Below, piece by piece: positions 12,667-21,700 of a stretch of 64,000 nucleotides of DNA (within the stretch, counting starts at the first letter, position 1; every line of letters starts with the position of its first letter). The notes under the pieces are model-generated. The model did no database searches, had not been told where the DNA came from, and saw only the letters and a program-made list of their open reading frames with translations. A program made the translations under genes and the position numbers. The stretch comes from Lingula anatina. Taxonomy: Eukaryota > Animalia > Brachiopoda. The DNA lies in the NCBI GenBank assembly GCA_051362555.1, contig CM120640.1, positions 32,631,967 through 32,695,966 of the forward strand, in the 5' to 3' direction.

Positions 12667-13716
12667 ATGAATCTAGTTGAGACCAAAGTCCTCGTTTTGG
12701 CTATCTTTTTAGCGCTGAAGATTTTATTCGGACTACTTCCTTTGTTTGTGACCCGTTGGTGGACTCTATACATCGCCAGGGACATGGCGCTTTATAATGC
12801 ACTACTCGGATCCCTCAACTGCTTTGCCGGTGGGGTATTCTTAGGAGTGGCTTTCTTGCACCTGATCCCAGAGGCTAGATCCGAAATGGACGAAGTAATG
12901 ACTGAAGCTAAAATTCACACTCATTATCCTCTAACAGAACTGGCGGTGGTAATAGGACTCTTTCTTGTGTTGATTTTTGAAATGGTTTTGATGATGTGTA
13001 TAGGCCGCGGCGGCTACCTACTTCGACATCTTCATGGGCATTCTCACCACGATGCGGACGTGCCGACAGACGTGGGGAAAGTGCATTTAACAGACACAAA
13101 CCATGGAGAGGAAAAAACAAACGGACAGCCGGGCAGGCCCTCGCTTTCAAGTAACCCAGAAGATAACAGTAGTGGGACGCTTTCTGACCCCAATGTTCTC
13201 GACTGCACAGACCGCACGGAGCTACTAGCAGCCAAGACAGGGGCAGTTTCCAAAATACGTATTCTTCTACTGTATTTTGCTCTTTCATCACACGCGGTCT
13301 TCGAGGGGCTGGCTCTTGGATTGCAAGACAATAGCGTCCATGTATGGACTTTATTTGGCGCCATGATGGTCCACGAAATTATCATTACATTCACCCTTAG
13401 TATGAAACTTGTGGAAACTTTTAGCTTAAAACCTTTCCTGATTTTCATATTTTGCTTTTCGGCCATTTCTCCCATAGGAATTGGAATCGGGATAATTATA
13501 ACTGATGTTGGACAGAACACCTTGGCAACGGGTCTAACAACAAGTATTCTGGAGAGTCTAGCCACTGGTACATTTCTGTATGTAACATTTTTCGAAATTC
13601 TGAAGAGAGAGCTTGAAAATGGCACACCAACACAGGGATTGAGAAAAACATTTTTCATCGTTCTGGGGTTTGCTGTAATGGGAGCTCTTGCAATCTTCGA
13701 ACAGCACGATCACTAG
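12667..13716 (+). CDS. ZIP (SLC39) subfamily II metal transporter, copy B, 349 aa, intronless
   Basis: Near-identical to copy A. TM4 HAVFEG, TM5 HE and a C-terminal QHDH extension. Confidence 0.95.
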   Translation: MNLVETKVLVLAIFLALKILFGLLPLFVTRWWTLYIARDMALYNALLGSLNCFAGGVFLGVAFLHLIPEARSEMDEVMTEAKIHTHYPLTELAVVIGLFLVLIFEMVLMMCIGRGGYLLRHLHGHSHHDADVPTDVGKVHLTDTNHGEEKTNGQPGRPSLSSNPEDNSSGTLSDPNVLDCTDRTELLAAKTGAVSKIRILLLYFALSSHAVFEGLALGLQDNSVHVWTLFGAMMVHEIIITFTLSMKLVETFSLKPFLIFIFCFSAISPIGIGIGIIITDVGQNTLATGLTTSILESLATGTFLYVTFFEILKRELENGTPTQGLRKTFFIVLGFAVMGALAIFEQHDH

Positions 13717-13884
13717 CAGGCCCGTAGCCAGCAATTTCAAAAGGGGGGTTCGTTTTTTTGAAAAAGTGGACCTTTTCCCATAAAAACTTCATGTACCTAG
13801 ATCAAATTTTTACCCAGAGTGGACCTTTTCCCAGCAAAAGGGGCGGTTCTTTCGAACCCCCCGAACCCCCTGGCTACGGGCCTG
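13717..13884. mobile_element. 168-bp MITE, TIR CAGGCCCGTAGCCAG, 4-bp TSD CTAG
   Basis: Perfect 15-bp TIRs; CTAG at 13713-13716 and 13885-13888. The empty site CACTAGGTCCAGTG is present in unit A. Confidence 0.92.
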
Positions 13885-13979
13885 CTAGGCCCAGTGCTTT
13901 TCACAAACTAGTTTTGTTGAAAAAATAAGTAACGACATTCTAAAAGTGCAATTCTGACTGAAGCGCGAAAAAGGACAGG

Positions 13980-14401
13980 CGCCCGCATATCCTGCTCAGT
14001 GAAATTGAACGAATGTGAATGAAATTAGTTAACCAGCATTGTATTAAGCAATTTTCACGAAATGGAAGATTTTCCTGTCGAATTTTGTCAAAAGTTGTGT
14101 AATTGCGAATTGATTAATGTATTATTAACGGACTATATTGCATTAATGAATTAACACTTTATATTTCGATTCTCCTGTGTTTAATTTTTTTTTTTTTTGA
14201 TTAGGTTATCATTAAGTCGTCCTTCGAAAAGGGATCCTGGTAAATAAATGAGATTTTGCCTCTTTACTAATTATGCATTAGTGAAATACACGTATGAATG
14301 TAGTAATGAAGTGATCTTTGTGATTCATTGCAATTTTCTGCTATTACCGCTGTTCATACTGTAACATGCATGGAAATCTAAAAACTGGATACATGCATGT
14401 C
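13980..14401. mobile_element. ~420-bp segment present only in unit B (putative insertion)
   Basis: Unit A reads AAGGACAGGC|CTCTGTGACTTC; unit B has ~420 bp between the equivalent flanks. Terminal inverted similarity is weak. Confidence 0.5.
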
Positions 14402-14645
14402 CCTATGTGACTTCGGTCCTCCTCTAGATTTTTTAAAAATTATATTCTAACAACGTACTTGTTCACTGCAAACTGGCATTACTATCCAATAAAGATGTCT
14501 ATAATCATTGGCATTCGTTAGGTAGTTCCGCACTTATATAAAACTCAAAACAAAAATTAACCATGTGTCCTTTATGCTGGGTGAACTAGGTTAGTCTAGA
14601 TCATATACACATTTTTAATTTACAGTTTGCATGCCTGCGTGCTCG

Positions 14646-14865
14646 TGTAAGAAAACAAATATAAATTTTGCTTGATGTAAACAATTTATTGGTCAATTAT
14701 TTACTGGCGTCAGTCCGGTTGGTGACATTAAGCCATATGTAATAAAACAAATATAAATGTTTCCTTGATATTAGCAATTTATTGGTTCTTTACTGGTGCC
14801 AGTCTAGTTGGCGGTACTAAGCAATATGTAATAAAAAATATAAATTTCTGCTTCAGCAATATGCA
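14646..14865. repeat. ~90-bp unit repeated about 2.5 times (single copy in unit A)
   Basis: Repeated GTAA.AAAACAAATATAAAT...CAATTTATTGGT...TACTGG.G.CAGTC blocks. Confidence 0.75.
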
Positions 14866-17203
14866 TTTCTATAATGTATATTAATGCACATTGTCATAAG
14901 GCACATTTCTGTTCTCTTTGCTTTTTTTAATGCAAGTAAATAAAACTTAACTGTGAGTTAAGAAATGATATATTGCAATAATTAAATGTACATAAGTGAT
15001 ACAAAACAAAATCACAAATAATCAGTCTCTCAAGTTGATTTCCATCATTTTCATTTTTTCAAAAAAAAAAAAAAAAATGCAAGGAAATAAAACTTGACTG
15101 TGTGATAAGAAATGATATATTGCAATAATTAAACATACACAAGTGATTAACCAATCACTGGGGTAATGTCTCCATTCAATGTTCAATTCTGAGCACTCTC
15201 AAGAAGGCTTATTCATATAGAGAGAAATTCCACAGATCTCAATCTGAATTTTAAAAAAATCATTTAAATTTCACACTTTTCTTGGAAGAAATTCGGCAAC
15301 CATCATTCCATAATAACTTGGGTGGTAGTTTACGAGTAGCCTATGAGTCCAGCTGTCCAGTCCTGCAGCCTGTAGCATACCATGCAGCATCACCAGCCCT
15401 GGAAAACAATACACATGAATTCAGACCAAGACTATTGCAGACAGGAAATCTGCAAAAAAAAAAGTTATCAGATGACTAGATTTCAGTGAAACCACCATGC
15501 ACAGAAACACAGGTATACATACTGAAGTTAAATGTGTTGGACAGTTTATAATAAAAAATCCTTGGGTAAAGAATCCTGGTTATGATGATGTTTTCAGGCT
15601 GATGTCTGGTCTAAAAAAAGTCCTGCTCTGAACAGGGCATGAACAGCGAAAAAAAAACAAAAAAAAACATTTAATTTACAAATGAATATAAGAGTAACAG
15701 TTGATATTTCTTTAACAGAAGCTACTGTTTCTGTAATAAGTGTACTCCTACAGTAATGGTGGTGCAATGCTGTAAATTGTTTTGAAACGTGCTTATAAAT
15801 AAACATAAGACTACTAACCTGTGTATCCACAGGATTTAGCCTCATCTACATAGCTGGCTGCAGTCTTCAGGAGAGCGTCTGGCTGCAGTGTAGATGCCCA
15901 GGTTCCACAGGCCTACAGAGTACAATGACATTACCATGTTGTCATGCAAACAAGAAAACATTTTCCTTCCAAACTTAAAATAATTTGAACATTTTCTCTC
16001 ATCATCTATTACAGCAGTCTGTTATTCTGTGTTTGTTGTTTAAATTGAAGAGCCTTTGTTGATTGTAATCGTACCATGGTAACCAAGTTAAAAGACTGCC
16101 ACTGAACATAATATCAAATGATTTTTCTCTGTAAACCACAAACACAAGAACATATGGTGAATTGAACTGAACCCTTAAAAATGATGATAACTGATGTAAG
16201 ATTTATAGATATACTCAGACATAATTATGTTAACTTAATTTAGTTAAATGTAACCACAATTAAGCTTTAATGTATTCAGATGTGTGTGTCAAGTTGCATG
16301 TCAGCTAGAACAGTTAATTTTAAATGCAATATGTTATATGGAAGAAGTGGAATACATGTGCAATTAATTTTTAATCTATTAAGATGTATATAAGCATATG
16401 GCACAATGCACGGCAGTTATGGAAGTTAATTTAAAATGCAAATTAAGATCAATCATAAAAGAGGCAACAGAGCAACACAGAGAGATACATGCATAGACAG
16501 TGAGATAGACAGACACACTTAAAGAGAATCTTACAGTAAAAGAGTTTTGCAGAAACAAACCATGTTACAGGAAATTATAAATGCGTCTCAGTTGTGTTGT
16601 TTTTGAAAATCAACAAGACCCTGTATGGCTGTTACAGAATATTAAAGAAAGTCTCCAACCTTGTCAAAGGGCTCCGAGGCATTAGAATACCCATAAGGCC
16701 CTTCTTCAGAGTGGGTGTGGGCCAAGTCAGCACTGATTATCACAACAACTTTCTTGTCAGCTAATTCTTCTAGTTCCTGGTAAAGCTTTTGTCCTTGATA
16801 TTGAAATAAGACTTATTAATGAATAATTAATGAATTCAGTGACATATGCAACCTGTCACAGAAGTGCTTTTAGAAGACAAATCTTAATAACAAATGTTCT
16901 CATCTTCTACACAAAACAAATCTATATACTTATTAAAATCCATATTGCATCTCAGAATGATTATCATAGCTCAATGACACTAACTGATTGCCTTTTTAAT
17001 AGAATATAAAAATTTTAAAAAAATATTCACATGATTGAAATTACCTAACATTAAAAGTTCTGGTATCATTTTTACTGACTCTTTATATCTTTTTGAAGGC
17101 TGTGAAATAACAACTATCTTCATATTTTTCAAGTCCTTGATAAAACTGAGATGAATCACTTCTGCCCACCTGAAAAGCCAAAATGCTCAAATCTTCATTT
17201 ACA

Positions 17204-17219
<16 letters not shown>

Positions 17220-17300
<81 letters not shown>
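17220..17300. repeat. (TA)n microsatellite preceded by poly-A, intronic
   Basis: Direct reading. Confidence 0.95.
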
Positions 17301-17302
<2 letters not shown>

Positions 17303-17705
17303 TCGTTTTTAATAATCTCCCAATGCATAATTTTCCATATAATTAATTGCTTCCAAGACAACTTGCATCATTTTGGGATCAATTTCAATAATTTAATTTT
17401 AAAAAAATTAATAAATTTAATTACAATATAATTTAATCAATTGATTGTTATGTAATCTATACTACCCTAATTGTAACATTTATATCAAAACAAATATGAT
17501 AGTTAGGATATTTATTTCCATCTACAAATGGTTTGTGGCAGTATTAATTAGATTAAGTTTAAGAAACATCTCTCTGACCTCAAGGGGAAAGCGTCGTTGC
17601 TCTCCCCTGGTGGGCCAAACGCGCTCAAGCCAGTTACGTCAAATTTCTGTCCAGACAGATTTTTTAAGAGTCCATTAGTGGTATTTACATCAAAATTAGC
17701 CGTCA

Positions 17706-18111
17706 TGTAGGGGTCCATGTTCCACCCTACCCAGGTTCTTCTAATATTCTACTTGTCACTGATGCTTGGGAGAGGGAATATAACCACAGACTCACATCTT
17801 CAGTCCCAAGTCTAAAAGTCCTTTATTAAGTCCAAGCATTCAGCCTTTATACACATTATCTCCTGAGAATCTATCTGCATGCCACAGTGGCAGCAACTCA
17901 TTTAAATACTAATTGCAATGCAATAGATAAGAATTGAGGGCTTCTACTTTTAAGTTATATCAGTTCTACTTATCAGGTATACCTATACAGAGGATGATAA
18001 ATATTCATTCAAGACTGAAGTAAGGTGAATGATAATATGCTGACTGATTACAATTATAAACATAATATGTAAATGAGTGATTTCATCACATGCATTTAGT
18101 GGAACCTAACA
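17706..18111 (-). mobile_element. Solo LTR (406 bp), TG...CA ends, 4-bp TSD GTCA
   Basis: Ends TGTAGGGGTCCA / TGGAACCTAACA; GTCA at 17702-17705 and 18112-18115. The minus strand has TATAAAG (~17850) followed by AATAAA (~17825). Removing it rejoins codons E-L-T-A-N. Confidence 0.88.
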
Positions 18112-18477
18112 GTCAGTTCATAACAACAAGGCGGGCAGGCACAGTTGTCAGTGTCTGCAAAACCATGCCCAGTAGGGTTCATATAAAACGCAAATCTGCT
18201 GAGATCAGACGTACACTCCATGCGGGGTGCTTAAAAATATTACATCTGGTTTCTTTTCTGAAATTTGATGTCCAATATCCACGCAGGCTTTATGAACTTC
18301 CCAGGCTTGTTGTTTTGCTGTTTCGTTTGTCGTATTAAAATAGGAAGGATCTAAAGCAATACCACCGTGGGGGATAACAAATGTACCGATTATCGCCATA
18401 GCTTCACTGACAGGGAAGCTTAAAGCTGCAACTAAATGTATTCCAGTAAATAACGTCTGTAACGTAGACACAACCAT

Positions 18478-18710
18478 TAGGCCTGATTGCCACACACACG
18501 GTTGTGTGGCGGAAGGATCCCTTTTGGTTGTGGTGCAACAAGAGTTAGTTTGGTTTGGTATACAAGTCATAAAACAAAGAGATTGTAAACTTCATTGAAA
18601 TTGGACATTATCTTAAAAACTTGAATAGTTTTATACATTTCTGCCTTGTAAGACTATTGTAAAAAATAGTCCTCTGTATCAGGTGGTGAGGTGGTCAAGA
18701 TGGCGGCCTC
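18478..18710. promoter_or_regulatory. Short bidirectional promoter between the LigB-like gene and MRPS27, with a YY1-type motif over the MRPS27 ATG
   Basis: Head-to-head start codons are ~220-300 bp apart; CAAGATGGCGGC at 18696-18707. Confidence 0.6.
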
Positions 18711-21700
18711 CATGTGCTGCCGTAGACTGGAAGGTCTATGGAAGTTAAACACTAATATGCGCCTGCAGTATATCGGTAATATTTATTGGATTGCTGTAAG
18801 ATATACCGGGTCCTTTACATCTCCACTTTATACCTCAAATTCACTACAGAATTGAGTTTGACTGCCTTTTGGTTTATTCCTAATTTGCCTAGTACTACCC
18901 GGTGTTGTGCATTGGTCTACTATTCAAGTCGTATGCCTTTTAAGTAGGCAGTCCATCTGTGGCTCCATACGGTTCTATTTACACACGTTCACTCAAAGAC
19001 ACACCCGTTGTTCACATAATATTGACCCCTTTATTTTAATTGTAGGAAAGAGGACCATTCTCTCTGATGCATACCGATGTGATAAGGCTTGGAAGGTATA
19101 TCTACAGGCCCCAACACTGAGAGAGGTTGATGCAGGTGTGCAATTAGACATTTCTGAAAACTGTAAAATCAGATCTAGGAGACTTTCTGTAAAGTAGTAA
19201 ATTTTCTTATCAAATATTAATAACTGATTTGAATGTAATGTCACTGGGCATTATATACAGAAGTATGTTATTTTAGTGTATATACCAGTACAGTGGGTTT
19301 ATAAGTAATATGCACCTTGGATGTGAAATGTCTTATATTATTTATTTAAACCTTTTTTTTTTATTTTCAGTTTCTTTCCAGAATGAAATTTACAATAAAT
19401 ACCAAAAACTAAAGAATGTCAGTGCAGTAGACATTGATATTGTGAGTATTTTTAAAAACAGCAAAAATAAAAAAAAGTTTACTCGATCCACAGGAAATGT
19501 ATGCAGTAAGATTTAAAATCCATTTTATATATATATATATTTCTGAGACTATACATAATACGTTTATATTTTCACATATGCTTGGGGTTTGTGCTTATGT
19601 TTTAGAAAATTCAGCAGCCTCTGGCAACATCTATTTGCATTATTTTTCAGCTAGCCCACGTTCTGCCTTCAGTACCACCAGTTCAGTTGCCATTTACAGT
19701 GGAGCTCTTTGAAATGTAAGGGAATGACAACCCTGTTTATTGCCAAACATACCATTCTAGGTCTTGTTTTTAAGATTAAATATTACCTAAGGCTACAAAA
19801 ACAGAACAAGAAATATAAAATAATGTTCAAGTTAAATGATCTCATAATGACTATTTTAATTTGCCAAATGTTATACTTGATCAAATATGGGTTTTGTGTA
19901 TATTTTGTTTGACAATTTTTAAATCATGCACATTATACAAATGCTGTTATTATAAACAGGTTCAGACACTGTAGGGAAGCTGTGGAAGCGAAAGAATCAT
20001 ATCATTATGCACTCATTCGCAGTTGTATAGAAATGAAGAATGAAAAAATGCTCATGAGCATGCTAAGTAAAAAGGTATGTATCACTACAGGCTCTTAAGG
20101 ATATTGTCACCTTTCGCCCAAAACCCCTTATTTACTGCCTTACATACATTATTTTGGGTAATAGATAAATTTTCAGTGTTCAGTGAATAAATTAATTAAA
20201 TTTAAACATATGTCATCTTAGAGGTGATGTCATAATTGGGATTTTGGGGTAAAAACTGAAAAATTGGTTTCTCAAATTTCTCTCTCAGCTGAGCACCCAC
20301 GATCACTGTTTCAACACCAATTTAATGCACCATTTAGTACTCCAAAACCAGTGATTTTTCTTAAAATTCTTAGTTCGATTTTATCGTAAATAAAGCAAAA
20401 TAATGTTTCAACACCAATTTAATGCACCATTTATTACTCCAAAACCAGTAATTTTTTCTTAAAATTCTTAGTTCAGATTTTATTGTTGATAAAGCAAAAT
20501 AATACCTTTGTTTAATGAAAATCTGTAATTAGGGGCTTATAAGGCCACACTTTTTTATTTTTATGGATGACATCCTCTGGGTACCCCAAAATCGGTGCGA
20601 GAGGGCGAAAAAAAAAAAACGGTTCAAAAAAAAAATACTGCTTAAGTAAAGGAATGCTGTCAGTACACAGCTGGAAACACAAATTTTACCACAGAAACAC
20701 GTATCAAACTAACAATATGTCTTTATCCATGCTCTCAAAATATTAAAGCATTGTGAATACTTCGTAGAAATGTAAAAAAAAGCCATGAATAGATATACTT
20801 CTTATTACAAAATCTATTAAGGTTATTTCATGCATTTTGTTGGTATAGCAATCAATAAAACAAATATCAAACAAACAGTGTGTCTTTATTTGTATTCTCA
20901 GAATATTAAAGCATTTTGAACACTTCACAGAAATGTTTAAAAAATGATGCAAAGATATGCTTAATACTACCAAATCTATTAAAGGTCATTTCGGACGATG
21001 CCATTTTGTCTACTTCGACTCACACGGCCAAACTGTCAGGTGGCCTGTCCGACCTTCAGCCCACCAAATACCTCGACGCCCTTGTCGACCCTTTTTTCGC
21101 TACAGAAAACCTGGTAGCCTATGTGCTGCTTTGTACAGAATGTCACTGAAATTTTTCGGGCGATAATCGCTGGCGGCCGCCAGCCTTTCGCACAATTGTA
21201 AAAAGGTGATATCTCCATGCCCAATATCAATGGCATACCAATCCAAAACGACGGCACCCGTTCTCTTTATGACTTTAATTGTCGTGTAATTTGAAAGTAA
21301 TCCTAGAGATGAATTTGACGGCAAAGCGATTCCACGTGGCGATAATGCGCATGCGCAGAAAGCTCATTTCCTGGCAAATTCAATAACGACGTTTGCGCCA
21401 ACCGACTTCGTTGGGGGCTGGGGGGGGGGATTTTTTTTTTTTTTTCGGAGAACGGGCGAAAATCGGTGCGCGCGCAGGATGTCATCCATAAAAATAAAAA
21501 AGTGTGGCCTAACTCCATAACAAAAGCATTTAAACCAAAATGATGGCACAAGATTATAGCTCATATACTTGTGATCAACGCTGCCAATTTTTGTGTTAAA
21601 ATCTTGTTCAGGGATGAAGTTTCTCCCAATACTAATTGTATCTCACCTCAAAATAGAAAGGTGTGAAATTGACGATTTAACCTTTGAGTTGTCTTTGCTT

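Larger units (their letters stand above)
8300..15195 (+). repeat. Tandem segmental duplication of a ZIP gene with flanks: unit A ~8300-11170, unit B ~11183-15195
   Basis: Both units begin CCTTCAGGGCCCTCTTTCC and end near GTAATGTCT.CATTCAATGT.CAA.TCTGAG. Upstream region, CDS and 3' flank are collinear; unit B is longer owing to insertions. Confidence 0.92.
15271..18477 (-). pseudogene. LigB/Memo-fold (class III extradiol dioxygenase-like) gene, five exons, disrupted in exon 1
   Basis: Reconstructed peptide: GTFVIPHGGIALDP..PDVIFLSTPHGV / SDLSRFAFY..DTDNCACPPCCYELT / ANF..GLSAFGPPG..FPLR | WAEVIHL..SQPSKRY..MIPELL | ..VVVIISADLAHTH..GPYGYS..FDK | ACGTWA..AKSCGYT | GLVMLHG..HPSYYGMMVAEF..TGA(15271). 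There is a +4 frameshift near 18210 and an LTR at 17706-18111. Confidence 0.88.

Noticed and set aside
9664-13658. Antisense ORFs (127-204 aa) opposite both + strand ZIPs
   Set aside because: They are shadows of hydrophobic coding sequence. Their conservation just reflects the recent duplication.
5500-14100. Iron-responsive elements near the ZIP genes
   Set aside because: The CAGTGN loops I checked by eye (e.g. 7333, 9211, 9303, 10476, 12434, 13997) lack the 5-bp upper stem with a C bulge. A SIREs/Infernal scan would be definitive.
17083-17431. ORFs with IYIYIY runs (and CVCVCV ORFs at 304-501 and 30946-31131)
   Set aside because: They are translations of dinucleotide microsatellites.
18198-18213. 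GT...AG micro-intron that might rescue the LigB-like frameshift
   Set aside because: At about 16 nt it is too short for spliceosomal removal, and it would delete apparently conserved residues.
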